Of a stretch of DNA of 23,610 nt, positions 15,193-23,610 are shown one piece after another. How positions within the stretch are numbered: position 1 is the first letter of the stretch; each line of letters starts with the position of its first letter. The notes under the pieces were generated by a model. The model searched no databases, was not told where the DNA came from, and saw only the letters and a program-made list of their open reading frames with translations. The DNA lies in IMG/VR virus record IMGVR_UViG_3300043442_000189; one strand, written 5' to 3'. Origin of the DNA: a virus. A program made the position numbers and the translations under genes.

Positions 15193-15439
15193 CACTTTAC
15201 AAATTAGTAGCTTTTTACTTTACAGATTAGTAAATTTTAATTTCTGTTTTTTACCAAAAATGCCCGAAAATGAAAATGAACAGATTTAAAGGGTTTTACT
15301 GAACAAAATTGTACCTCTCACTCAGTAATGAGCGCCATGAGAGAGTCCCTTGCAGGTGAGCTAGACACTATTGCAAGTAGCTGTGTTAGGTGGGAAACTA
15401 CGCTATCACACAACACCAAGCTAAAGTCGGGTGTAATAT

Positions 15440-15524
15440 AGTCAGGTGGCGGAATGGTAGACGCACAATGATGGTAGTAATGCCAGTTGTTAAAGACTTA
15501 CAGGTTCGAATCCTGTTCTGACTT
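15440..15524 (+). tRNA. tRNA-like gene (Leu/Tyr/Ser-type D arm) with non-canonical anticodon arm; identity unassignable
   Basis: Acceptor AGTCAGG/TCTGACT, D arm GGCGGAATGGTAGACGC, T arm ACAGG-TTCGAAT-CCTGT; no 5-bp stem/7-nt anticodon loop; no encoded CCA. Confidence 0.75.
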
Positions 15525-15538
15525 CAAATAATTATCTT

Positions 15539-16435
15539 ATGAATGGTTTAGTAAAAGAAGTTACCAGACGGCAACTTAAGATTACTGAATCCGGGAGAAG
15601 CACTGATTTCATTGCTCCTAGTTTTGGTCACGGATGTCTATTCAACTGCAGTTATTGCTACATGAAGAGACATAGACCTACCGGATTACAGATTGCAAAA
15701 AATGTAGATGATGTATTAGATGCTGTAGGTAAGCATTATGAATGGTTATTAAACACAACCATGTGGTGGACGGAGAATAAACCTAATCAAACACATGACA
15801 CTAGAGTTACTTATGACATAGGTACTAATGAAGATCTTGCTTTACATGCTAAGTATTATGACTTACAGAAGATATTTGATTATCCAAAAGGTAAGGCTAT
15901 GCTGTTCTCATTTGCTACTAAGTATGTAAACTATGACTTAAAACATTTAAACGTACATCTTAGTAGAACCCGTATTAGATTTAGTTTGATGCCTCAGAAG
16001 TATGCGGACATACTAGAACCTAATACTAGTCCTATAGAAGAAAGGATATCTGCTATTAATGATTTTATAAAGTATGGTTATGATGTACACATTAACTTTA
16101 GTCCTGTTATAATTACTGATACTTGGATAGAGGATTACCGGGATTTGTTTATGCTTGTAGATAAGATTGTATTTCCTTTGTATAAAAGAGAACGTGCTAT
16201 AAAATCAGAAGTTATCTTTCTCACACATAATGAGAAGAAGCATGAGTATAATCTTGCTAACGGAATACCCGGGGAAGATCTACTATGGAGACCTGACATA
16301 CAAGAGAACAAGATCTCTAGTAATGGTCAGTTAAATATAAGGTACAACCATAAACTAAAAGCTGATTACATATATCAGTTTAAGTGTTTACATGAGTTGA
16401 TGCTACCTTGGAACACAATACGTTATATATTTTAA
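15539..16435 (+). CDS. splB: Spore photoproduct lyase-family radical SAM protein
   Basis: GCLFNCSYCY CxxxCxxC motif; FATK, RIRFSL, ERIxAIN, GYDVHINFSPVI and EVIFLTHN segments typical of the SPL family. Confidence 0.85.
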   Translation: MNGLVKEVTRRQLKITESGRSTDFIAPSFGHGCLFNCSYCYMKRHRPTGLQIAKNVDDVLDAVGKHYEWLLNTTMWWTENKPNQTHDTRVTYDIGTNEDLALHAKYYDLQKIFDYPKGKAMLFSFATKYVNYDLKHLNVHLSRTRIRFSLMPQKYADILEPNTSPIEERISAINDFIKYGYDVHINFSPVIITDTWIEDYRDLFMLVDKIVFPLYKRERAIKSEVIFLTHNEKKHEYNLANGIPGEDLLWRPDIQENKISSNGQLNIRYNHKLKADYIYQFKCLHELMLPWNTIRYIF

Positions 16436-16438
16436 ATT

Positions 16439-16681
16439 ATGGAAGAACCTAAACCAAAGTTAGAGTCTGTTGTATTTACCTTTAGTCAAGAAGGTAATTG
16501 TGTAGGTAACACTGCTGAGTATGAAGAATTAACTATTGAATATACCTCTGATATGGGTATAGATAATAGTGAAGGAGGATTCTTTGTTCTTAAAACTACT
16601 ACAGGATGGTCCGTTAATAACGAGAATGATATCAAAGAGTTATTTGATAGAGTTAGACAAGTTGATCTTTTAAAACCTTAA
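16439..16681 (+). CDS. Hypothetical protein
   Basis: 80 aa, tiles with neighbours. Confidence 0.75.
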   Translation: MEEPKPKLESVVFTFSQEGNCVGNTAEYEELTIEYTSDMGIDNSEGGFFVLKTTTGWSVNNENDIKELFDRVRQVDLLKP

Positions 16682-16683
16682 TT

Positions 16684-16794
16684 ATGGAAATAGATGACTT
16701 AGTATTTACAGCAGTATTTTACATACTGTTTGCTATTGCAATAGGAGCAGTATTATATGTAATGTTTTGGAACCCTAAAGACAGACAAAAATGA
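16684..16794 (+). CDS. 36-aa single-TM peptide (MEIDDLVFTAVFYILFAIAIGAVLYVMFWNPKDRQK), absent from ORF track
   Basis: Fills the gap exactly; ATGA overlap with 16791. Confidence 0.65.
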   Translation: MEIDDLVFTAVFYILFAIAIGAVLYVMFWNPKDRQK

Positions 16795-17108
16795 ATAAAG
16801 AATTTGTACCCTACGAGTTAGCTTTAGAGTTAAAGCAACTTGGGTTTGATGAACCTTGTATGGCTTCTAAAAATATGAACAATGATAAAGGTCTTATACA
16901 ATTGCCACTATACCAACAAGCATTTAGATGGTTTAGAGAGAAGTATTCTGACTTAGATTTTGGAGTTTCTAAAATTCATAATGGAACTAACAACTACCAT
17001 TATCATATAAATCTTACATGGGAATTTTTTGAAGGCACTTATGAAGAAGCAGAACTTGCTTGTCTTACCAAGTTAATAGAAATAGTTGAACAACAAAATC
17101 AAAAGTAA
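16791..17108 (+). CDS. Hypothetical phage protein
   Basis: MNKEFVPYELALELKQLGFDEPC...PLYQQAFRWFREKY. Confidence 0.8.
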   Translation: MNKEFVPYELALELKQLGFDEPCMASKNMNNDKGLIQLPLYQQAFRWFREKYSDLDFGVSKIHNGTNNYHYHINLTWEFFEGTYEEAELACLTKLIEIVEQQNQK

Positions 17109-17109
17109 A

Positions 17110-17304
17110 ATGGAAAAGAAACAAAGTAGTATTGATTGGTTGGTAGAAATGGTATCTAAAATGGGATACGTTTCTGTGGAAATACTTGAACAAGCCAAAG
17201 CAATGCACAAGGAAGAGGTAACTGATGCTTACATTGATGGTCATAGTACTTGGGGAGTTAGTAGAAATGCAGAACAATACTACAACGAAATATTTGGAGG
17301 ATAA
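17110..17304 (+). CDS. Hypothetical phage protein
   Basis: QSSIDWL...ILEQAKAMHKEE...AEQYYNEIFG; ATG 1 nt after the upstream stop. Confidence 0.75.
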   Translation: MEKKQSSIDWLVEMVSKMGYVSVEILEQAKAMHKEEVTDAYIDGHSTWGVSRNAEQYYNEIFGG

Positions 17305-17306
17305 GA

Positions 17307-17546
17307 ATGAACGAAATAGAAGTATTCCGGAATAGACTAAAGAAGATAGGCATTGAACTAGAACTGTTTGGTAATGTTCCTTGGATATACATAGACAAAG
17401 TTAATGGTAACAAGGTAAGTCGGGAAGACTACAATGCTAACCACGGATATAACTTTGCTTGGTATCCTGTAAGAAGAGGTGAAGAACCCCATCTTGATTG
17501 GTCAGCTATTAAAAAAACATTTGAAGTAATAAGAAAATACAAATGA
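17307..17546 (+). CDS. Hypothetical protein
   Basis: 79 aa, tiles. Confidence 0.75.
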   Translation: MNEIEVFRNRLKKIGIELELFGNVPWIYIDKVNGNKVSREDYNANHGYNFAWYPVRRGEEPHLDWSAIKKTFEVIRKYK

Positions 17547-17776
17547 AGAAGTGTTTTGGATGTAACTATAGGTATCCTTTGTTCATGTTTCAAAAAGATA
17601 ACATGAAATACCAACGTCCCCATGACCAAGGTAGAGTTAAGGTATGTAGAATATGTAACTATAGAAAATGGAGTAAGGACAAAGAAGCTTGGTTTTATAA
17701 CTTTGATATCAAGAAGTTTGAGAAGGTAATTTTCAAGAATAAACTGGATATACTAAAAAGAGTATTAAAAAAATAA
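17543..17776 (+). CDS. Small basic Zn-finger-like protein
   Basis: CFGC...CRIC; ATGA overlap. Confidence 0.7.
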   Translation: MKKCFGCNYRYPLFMFQKDNMKYQRPHDQGRVKVCRICNYRKWSKDKEAWFYNFDIKKFEKVIFKNKLDILKRVLKK

Positions 17777-17786
17777 ATTTATAATT

Positions 17787-17999
17787 ATGCCTGATATTTC
17801 AATGTGTGAAGGGACCAACTGTCCCGTAAAAGAAAAGTGTCACAGGTTTACAGCAAAACCTGATGAGTATCAATCTTACTTTGCTGATGTACCTGGAGAA
17901 ATAAAAGATGGTAAGTTTACCTGTAATTATTTCTGGGGTGAGCAAGCTCAAGGTATTTGGAAACAACTTAATGATATAGTAAAAGGAGAAGAAAAATGA
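17787..17999 (+). CDS. Small Cys-rich phage protein
   Basis: DISMCEGTNCPVKEKCHRF. Confidence 0.8.
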   Translation: MPDISMCEGTNCPVKEKCHRFTAKPDEYQSYFADVPGEIKDGKFTCNYFWGEQAQGIWKQLNDIVKGEEK

Positions 18000-18298
18000 A
18001 AAACTTTTATGTAATAGAACAACTCAATCAGAGTGTTGAGTATGTTATCACAGAAGCAGATACTGATGATGGTACTATGTATCAATTATACCGTAGTCTT
18101 AATGAGACGTGGTCTGAGGATTGTCGGGGTGAAGTACTTGTAACTATGATTGATGATGGTAATGGGTATAAGTTTAAGTGGAAACAAAAGGAAAAGAAAC
18201 GTCTTGGTTATGATGAGATAGAGCATTTATATCTTCTCATTGATTATGTACGTAGAATAGAAGGTAAAACTTTGTATAACATATGCCAATATTTATGA
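17996..18298 (+). CDS. Hypothetical protein
   Basis: ATGA overlap. Confidence 0.75.
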   Translation: MKNFYVIEQLNQSVEYVITEADTDDGTMYQLYRSLNETWSEDCRGEVLVTMIDDGNGYKFKWKQKEKKRLGYDEIEHLYLLIDYVRRIEGKTLYNICQYL

Positions 18299-18543
18299 TT
18301 ACCGCATTATTAGTTGTTATCGCTATCCTGTTGTTAGGATATGTGTACATGGGATTTAAGATCATCATGAAGAAGTCTGAAATAGAAATGCTGAAAGATG
18401 CTATCTGTTTTACTAAGGATGATTTACTCTGTGCTTGGAATGGTGGATTCACCGAAGCAGTTAAGAGTGAAAGAGGTCATCCTGAAAAGAATTTTCATGA
18501 GTGGTATCAATTTCACAAATCAATTAAAAAGTATGGAAAATAG
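18295..18543 (+). CDS. Membrane-anchored hypothetical protein
   Basis: N-terminal TM helix; ATGA overlap at 18295. Confidence 0.7.
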   Translation: MITALLVVIAILLLGYVYMGFKIIMKKSEIEMLKDAICFTKDDLLCAWNGGFTEAVKSERGHPEKNFHEWYQFHKSIKKYGK

Positions 18544-18724
18544 CAATGGTTTACCTATTGGCGCAATAGTATTCGTTGTACTATTAACCCTAAAATTATC
18601 CGGTGTAATAGACTGGTCATGGTGGTTAATAACTTTACCTCTATGGTGGTGGATACCTTTTATATTACTTGTTGTTATATTTGCACTTGTGGTTGTAGCA
18701 TTTGAAGAAATAAGAAAAAAGTAA
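18533..18724 (+). CDS. Small two-TM membrane protein (LKLxGVIDWSWW type)
   Basis: LLTLKLSGVIDWSWWLITLPLWW. Confidence 0.75.
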   Translation: MENSNGLPIGAIVFVVLLTLKLSGVIDWSWWLITLPLWWWIPFILLVVIFALVVVAFEEIRKK

Positions 18725-18725
18725 T

Positions 18726-19049
18726 ATGACTGAAGAAGAAAAACTAAGAGTTGTGCATTTGATGATGCATTTGGAAGTGTGTATACACGCTTGTGACAAT
18801 ACAGAAAGTATTAAATGGTTTAATAGACATAAGACCAAAGTGACTATGAAGAACTTTGTAGATACTGTTCTTAAAGAACATGGTCATTTGTTTAATTCTT
18901 TCTGGGAGACTCCTGGTTTAGATATGACTGACTTTGTTAGGACTATTACAGAATTTGGTAGCGAGGTAAGTACACTTCCTTTGATGGATTTACCTGAAGT
19001 TACCGCAATGATCAAAAATTTTAAAGAAAATAAATACGGAAAAAAATGA
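18726..19049 (+). CDS. Hypothetical protein
   Basis: 107 aa, tiles. Confidence 0.75.
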   Translation: MTEEEKLRVVHLMMHLEVCIHACDNTESIKWFNRHKTKVTMKNFVDTVLKEHGHLFNSFWETPGLDMTDFVRTITEFGSEVSTLPLMDLPEVTAMIKNFKENKYGKK

Positions 19050-19354
19050 TTACACCAATTTTAGTAGTCGCAACTATTTGCGCAACAGGTACTGCAGTAA
19101 TTCTCGCAGCTAAAGTTAAAAGTCGTGGTAAAGAAGTTGATGAGTTACACATGCTCTATAATAAGCAAGTAAACAAGTATGCAGATCTTTTAGTAGAAAA
19201 TTATGGTTTAAAAACAGAGTTATCAAAACTTAAGAGAAAACCACGTAAAGACAAAGGTCAACCAAGAAAAACATATGGCGGCAAACCTATTACCAATAAG
19301 CGTAAAGTTCAAAAAGGAGAACAAGGAACTAATAATAGCAAATCAGCTAAGTAA
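19046..19354 (+). CDS. Membrane-anchored coiled-coil protein with basic C-terminus
   Basis: N-terminal hydrophobic helix; ATGA overlap. Confidence 0.65.
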   Translation: MITPILVVATICATGTAVILAAKVKSRGKEVDELHMLYNKQVNKYADLLVENYGLKTELSKLKRKPRKDKGQPRKTYGGKPITNKRKVQKGEQGTNNSKSAK

Positions 19355-19655
19355 AGTTCAACTTGATCTATTTGTAAAACAGTTAGAGGAAGGACAGAAA
19401 GTTCAAGTGACTTATGAAGTAGTTAATGATGATGCATCTTATGCACAAATCAGTAAGCTTCATAAGTGTATACGGGAACTTGCTGATTATTCCGGGATGT
19501 CAATGGATGACATGAAACTATATGTAAAGAATGAAGCAGGTTTAGTGAAAGGAGACAGTGTTGTCTCCTTCGCTGACTGCAGTAAAGAAGAAATTAGTAG
19601 TGCGATACAAGCGTGTATCTCTATTGGGGAGAAGATTGGTTTTCCCCTGTACTAG
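19275..19655 (+). CDS. Hypothetical protein, possibly NinB/Orf-like
   Basis: SYAQISKLHKCIRELA...SFADCSKEEISSAI loosely resembles the NinB pattern; family call tentative. Confidence 0.6.
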   Translation: MAANLLPISVKFKKENKELIIANQLSKVQLDLFVKQLEEGQKVQVTYEVVNDDASYAQISKLHKCIRELADYSGMSMDDMKLYVKNEAGLVKGDSVVSFADCSKEEISSAIQACISIGEKIGFPLY

Positions 19656-19974
19656 GTTTTAAGTACTCACCAGTTTCCATATCGTAGTCTACTTTTTCAG
19701 TATGACCCTGTTCACGAGCTTTTTCTTCTATTAAACTTATTAGAGATATTAAAGTTGATAAGTGGTAAGCTTTTCTATCGTGCTCGATATCATCCTTAGC
19801 AACTTTTTCTAGTAACTTAGCAAATTCTTCTTTATCGCTAATAGGAAATAATTCAAGCATGAATTGATTCAATCTTGTGTGATAAGTAACAGGAAGTTCA
19901 AGTTTTATAACAGTGTTTCTTTTTAAAACTTCTACGTTTTTTAATATAGATTCGGGTTTTTCTTCTTCTGACAT
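19621..19974 (-). CDS. Hypothetical protein on the opposite strand
   Basis: 117 aa, fills a gap with no + strand ORF; normal composition. Confidence 0.7.
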   Translation of the reverse strand: MSEEEKPESILKNVEVLKRNTVIKLELPVTYHTRLNQFMLELFPISDKEEFAKLLEKVAKDDIEHDRKAYHLSTLISLISLIEEKAREQGHTEKVDYDMETGEYLKPSTGENQSSPQ

Positions 19975-19997
19975 AACTAATTAATTTATACAAACTT

Positions 19998-20702
19998 ATG
20001 CTACAAAACGTAAACCTCCAAGAGGTAAAAGAAAAATTGTATGTTAAACTAAAAGAATCAGGATGGTCTGAGTACATTAAAACATTCGTTCTGAGTTCTG
20101 AGATGGATACAATATTAGAGACACTTCTGAGTGATGCTATGGACAATAAAAGGTTTACTCCAAAAGTAAAAGATTTGTTTAAAGCATTCGAGATGTGTCC
20201 GTTTGATGCTGTAAATGTGGTAATTATAGGACAAGATCCTTATCCACAAGAAGGTGTAGCGGATGGTATTGCGTTCTCCTGTGGTTACACAGGTAGACCG
20301 GAAGCATCGCTTCGTTATATCTTTGATTCTATTAAGAGTACAACCGGCATAGATTCATCTGATGCTGATTTATCTAGATGGAGTAAACAAGGAATACTGC
20401 TTATAAATACTGCATTTACTACTACTATTGGTAAACCAGGTTCTCACCAGTTATTGTGGAAACCTTTTACTGTTGCTGTATTAGATGCTTTAGTATGGAA
20501 TAAACCCAACCTTGTATATGTATTTCTAGGTAAACAAGCTCAAACGTATGCTGATTTGGTACCCAGTAACAACTACAAGTATTTCACAAGTCACCCTGCA
20601 AGTGCTGCTTACATGAAGCAATCTAAGTGGGATTGTAATGACATATGGAATAAGATAAACAAGTCTTTAGAAGAACAGAATAAACCAAAAATCGAATGGT
20701 AG
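19998..20702 (+). CDS. ung: Uracil-DNA glycosylase (family 1)
   Basis: VVIIGQDPYP, ADGIAFS, LLINTAFT and SHPAS motifs. Confidence 0.95.
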   Translation: MLQNVNLQEVKEKLYVKLKESGWSEYIKTFVLSSEMDTILETLLSDAMDNKRFTPKVKDLFKAFEMCPFDAVNVVIIGQDPYPQEGVADGIAFSCGYTGRPEASLRYIFDSIKSTTGIDSSDADLSRWSKQGILLINTAFTTTIGKPGSHQLLWKPFTVAVLDALVWNKPNLVYVFLGKQAQTYADLVPSNNYKYFTSHPASAAYMKQSKWDCNDIWNKINKSLEEQNKPKIEW

Positions 20703-21070
20703 AAAAAGTAACAGTGACTATATGGACAGAACTTACCAAATATGGTGAGGTAGAATTCTCTGTAAAAAGTCATAAAGGATTATTCAAAAGAAAATGCTTA
20801 CACGATGCTTTATCTGAAGCAGATATTAAGATGACAGGTATAGATGATATGATTAAATCATTTACCAAAAAGCTTAAACATGTAGAACACTTTGCAGTTA
20901 ATTCACAAGATACAAGATTATATGACGAAATTAGAGAAACAGAAGAGAGAACTCGACAAAGCGTTGTTGATATTGAATCAACAGTTGAACACAGCGTTCA
21001 TGACGTTCCAGTCAAACATACAAAAAGCAGTAAATCTCGTACAAAACGGAGAGAAGCTGTCTTATCATGA
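20696..21070 (+). CDS. Hypothetical protein
   Basis: Overlaps the ung stop; 3' part overlaps the next gene by about 150 nt. Confidence 0.55.
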   Translation: MVEKVTVTIWTELTKYGEVEFSVKSHKGLFKRKCLHDALSEADIKMTGIDDMIKSFTKKLKHVEHFAVNSQDTRLYDEIRETEERTRQSVVDIESTVEHSVHDVPVKHTKSSKSRTKRREAVLS

Positions 21071-21401
21071 TGTTTTCAATAACTTTAAATTGACTCTTTC
21101 TGAACTTGTAGAGGTTGCTGTTCAAATAGAACCGCAGTGTCTTATAGTACGAAAGAACTCAAGACAAAGACAGTACGTCGTACCACGTCAGATGATCTGC
21201 TATTTTGCATCACAGATGGGTTATAGTGAAGAAGCTATTGCAAAAGAGATTATGAGAGACCGCTGTACAGTTGGTTACTCGAAGCAAATTGTAATAGACG
21301 CATTGACTTACAATAACTTAGAGTACAGACGTGTGTACAAGGAGTTTATAAAGCACATGAAGAAGTATCCTAATGGTGATTATTTAGATCATCTTGATTA
21401 A
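20922..21401 (+). CDS. Protein with DnaA C-terminal-like helix-turn-helix
   Basis: RQRQYVVPRQMICYFA...GYSEEAIAKEIMRDRCTVGYS resembles DnaA domain IV (RQxxMYL...IG...RDHTTV). Confidence 0.7.
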   Translation: MTKLEKQKRELDKALLILNQQLNTAFMTFQSNIQKAVNLVQNGEKLSYHDVFNNFKLTLSELVEVAVQIEPQCLIVRKNSRQRQYVVPRQMICYFASQMGYSEEAIAKEIMRDRCTVGYSKQIVIDALTYNNLEYRRVYKEFIKHMKKYPNGDYLDHLD

Positions 21402-21415
21402 ATTAGCGGAAAGAT

Positions 21416-21979
21416 ATGGAAATGTTAGAACTATTTCAGTATATAGAAGATAATAAACTGAGTCCTAATCAGTACTATCTACTATGGTCTATACATATGA
21501 AGAGAGTCCCCAAGTACATCAAGGGTGACACTGAGCTGCGATTTCTTGTAGCTGAAGGTTATGTGGAAGACAAGAAGATTACTCAAAAAGGTTTAGACCT
21601 GTTGAGTATTATTAATCAAGAAGTTAAACCAGGAATAGTAGTGGTTAAGACATTTGACGTAGACACTTACTTAAGTTTGTTTCCTAAAGGTAAATTACCG
21701 TCTGGTAAACCTGCTAGGGTTAACAAAAGAAACATAGAAGAGTCTTTCAAATGGTTCTTTAAGAGTTATGATTTTGATTGGGAAACTGTAATAAAAGCTA
21801 CCGGTATGTATATTGACGAATACGAAGTAAAGAATTATCTCTACATGCGTAACTCTCAATATTTTATACGTAAGCAAAATTCAGATAAAACATGGGAATC
21901 AGAACTCGCAAACTACTGTGATATGGTACTGTCTGGAGATCAACCAGATGCAAATCATTTTTCAGAAAACGTAGTATGA
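21416..21979 (+). CDS. Conserved-looking phage protein upstream of DnaB, possible replication initiator/helicase loader
   Basis: 187 aa, winged-helix-like N-terminus; function inferred from position only. Confidence 0.65.
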   Translation: MEMLELFQYIEDNKLSPNQYYLLWSIHMKRVPKYIKGDTELRFLVAEGYVEDKKITQKGLDLLSIINQEVKPGIVVVKTFDVDTYLSLFPKGKLPSGKPARVNKRNIEESFKWFFKSYDFDWETVIKATGMYIDEYEVKNYLYMRNSQYFIRKQNSDKTWESELANYCDMVLSGDQPDANHFSENVV

Positions 21980-22170
21980 GTTTAGAACTAGAAAAAATTA
22001 TAATGAAGATTTTGACATCGGTAGCGCTGTCATTAATATGCTTCTTAATCATTAATCATTTTATTGTGAGTGTTAATATCTTTGAGTACTTAATTATTGA
22101 AGTTCTCTTGGTTTTATCGCACACATTTTATAAATTTGTATATCGCTGGATCAGCGTTCAACAACGATAA
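21976..22170 (+). CDS. Small two-TM membrane protein
   Basis: Hydrophobic; ATGA overlap. Confidence 0.65.
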   Translation: MSLELEKIIMKILTSVALSLICFLIINHFIVSVNIFEYLIIEVLLVLSHTFYKFVYRWISVQQR

Positions 22171-22181
22171 TCAGTACTATA

Positions 22182-23171
22182 ATGGAGAAGAAAAAGCTTT
22201 GGAAAGACCAGAAGCAAGGTTTCCTTGACTCTTTAGTTTATCTAAAGGGTAGAAAAGATGGTCACATTCGTAGCTTGAAGACTCCGTGGGAAAAGTTTAA
22301 TGATGCTACCACTGACGGTCTAGAATGGCACTCGATGACTGTTATAGGTGGACGACCAGGTAGTGGGAAAACTTTGATTAAGGATCAACTTGTAAGAGAA
22401 TCTTTCAGGTTAAATCCTGATGAGACGTTTAGAGTATTAGAATTTCAGTTTGAAATGCTTGCTCGTACGTCTGCAATCAGAGAGTTCTCAAGTGTACTTG
22501 GTAAATCTTATAAGTACCTATGTAGTGCTGATGGTCAATTGTCGAATGAAGATCTTGCTGTATGCTACGAACATGCTAAAGAGAGAGTAAAGATTCCTAT
22601 TGATATAGTAGAGGAACCTATTACCGTCAACGAACTTAAAGAAGTAATTGTGGACTACATGAATGCCCACGCGACTAAAGATGACGAAGGTAAGTTTGAA
22701 TTTACTAAGACTATAGTGACTCTCGATCACTCTTTGCTGTTAAAGAAAGCACCATTTGAGAAGGATAAGTTTGATACCTTGTACAATCTTGGCGAAGCTA
22801 TCACAGAACTTAAACGTAGATTTCCAATCGCGTTTATTATTCTTACACAGCTTAATCGAGGTATTGATAATCCTGAGAGGAATGAAGACGGTAAGTATGG
22901 TAATTACATACTAGAGTCTGACATCTTCGGTTCAGATGCATTGCTTCAACACGCAGATACACTTATTGGTATCAATAGACCTGCTAAACAAAAGATTAGG
23001 TTCTATGGTCCCGATAGGTATATCATAGAAAATGACCGGGTGCTTGTGTTGCACTTCTTGAAATGTCGTAATGGTGATAACCGTATGAGTTTCTTCAGAG
23101 CAGAGTTTGAACGCATGCGTATTTCAGAAATGGCAACACCCCCACAACAAGAAAAAAGAGTTAAGTTATGA
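22182..23171 (+). CDS. dnaB: DnaB-like replicative helicase (ATPase domain only)
   Basis: GGRPGSGKT, FQFEM, LTQLNR, SDALLQHAD and KCRNG motifs. Confidence 0.9.
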   Translation: MEKKKLWKDQKQGFLDSLVYLKGRKDGHIRSLKTPWEKFNDATTDGLEWHSMTVIGGRPGSGKTLIKDQLVRESFRLNPDETFRVLEFQFEMLARTSAIREFSSVLGKSYKYLCSADGQLSNEDLAVCYEHAKERVKIPIDIVEEPITVNELKEVIVDYMNAHATKDDEGKFEFTKTIVTLDHSLLLKKAPFEKDKFDTLYNLGEAITELKRRFPIAFIILTQLNRGIDNPERNEDGKYGNYILESDIFGSDALLQHADTLIGINRPAKQKIRFYGPDRYIIENDRVLVLHFLKCRNGDNRMSFFRAEFERMRISEMATPPQQEKRVKL

Positions 23172-23610
23172 GTTTAAGTTTGAAAGAAAAAGAAAAAGAT
23201 TACAAGACAAAAGTTGCTGAACTAAGAGAGTATCATCAAGAAACATTTAATGCTTTGGGAATCCCCGATGCGTATTTCTATCCAAAGATTGCGTATCGTC
23301 CTAAAGGTAAAGACGAGTTGCACATTAGTTTATTTCCCAGTGAATTGAGAAAAGGAACTGACGTGTATACAGAGTTTGTAGCAGGTGACACAGAACCACA
23401 GGATCCTAATAGAACATTGTGGAGATTGTACTTTAATCCCCATTGGGAAGAAGAGTATGACACAACCACTCCTTCTGATGATCCTAAAATGCGTTACTTG
23501 ATTCCTGTTAGTGAACTTGTAAAGGTGACAGCTCCGTCAAAGTTTAATGCGGCGGCGAGTTTGAAAGTAACAGAGTTTGATGATTTCTCAAACTTGTTGC
23601 AAGATGACGC
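23168..23610 (+). CDS. Hypothetical phage protein, truncated by window end (MSLSLKEKEKDY...)
   Basis: ATGA overlap with the dnaB stop; open to the end of the window. Confidence 0.8.
   Translation, partial: MSLSLKEKEKDYKTKVAELREYHQETFNALGIPDAYFYPKIAYRPKGKDELHISLFPSELRKGTDVYTEFVAGDTEPQDPNRTLWRLYFNPHWEEEYDTTTPSDDPKMRYLIPVSELVKVTAPSKFNAAASLKVTEFDDFSNLLQDD

Noticed and set aside
6787-23469. Other short antisense or alternative-frame ORFs in the track (e.g. 7218, 7856, 8689, 9934, 12091, 17065, 17429, 18237, 19898, 21695, 21864, 22518, 23278)
   Set aside because: Largely overlap tightly tiled, better-supported genes
1-23610. Stop-codon reassignment as seen in some Bacteroidota phages
   Set aside because: Conserved enzymes are intact in the standard code, and TAA, TAG and TGA all end genes with normal tiling

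Overview
AT-rich dsDNA phage genome segment, most likely from a Bacteroidota-infecting tailed phage. This host call is an inference from TAnnTTTG-type promoters, A/C-rich leaders without Shine-Dalgarno sequences, and a Bacteroidota-type ClpS. Positions 1-541 are the start of a minus-strand, probably structural (late) arm. A G-run/palindrome-rich divergence zone (about 590-870) follows. Next is a regular array (873-4190) of 11 small genes, each built as AAAAACCCTAAT motif, 15-20 nt A/C-rich leader (8 nt in the last unit), ORF, then hairpin. In several units the hairpin is centred on the stop codon. The array includes two Zn-ribbon proteins ending in an SSB-like DDDLPF tail. A paralogue of the last array gene (4484-4972) is enclosed by long-range complementary flanks. 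It is followed by about 1.5 kb of gene-free, heavily base-paired sequence containing a duplicated structured RNA motif. The rest is a dense early/middle region: metallophosphoesterase (inverted), HNH nuclease, SF2 helicase, ClpS, GroES-like protein, a tRNA-like gene with an aberrant anticodon arm, spore-photoproduct-lyase-family radical SAM, uracil-DNA glycosylase, DnaA-C-like HTH, DnaB-like helicase and many small hypothetical genes. All calls are by eye; no database searches or folding programs were run.
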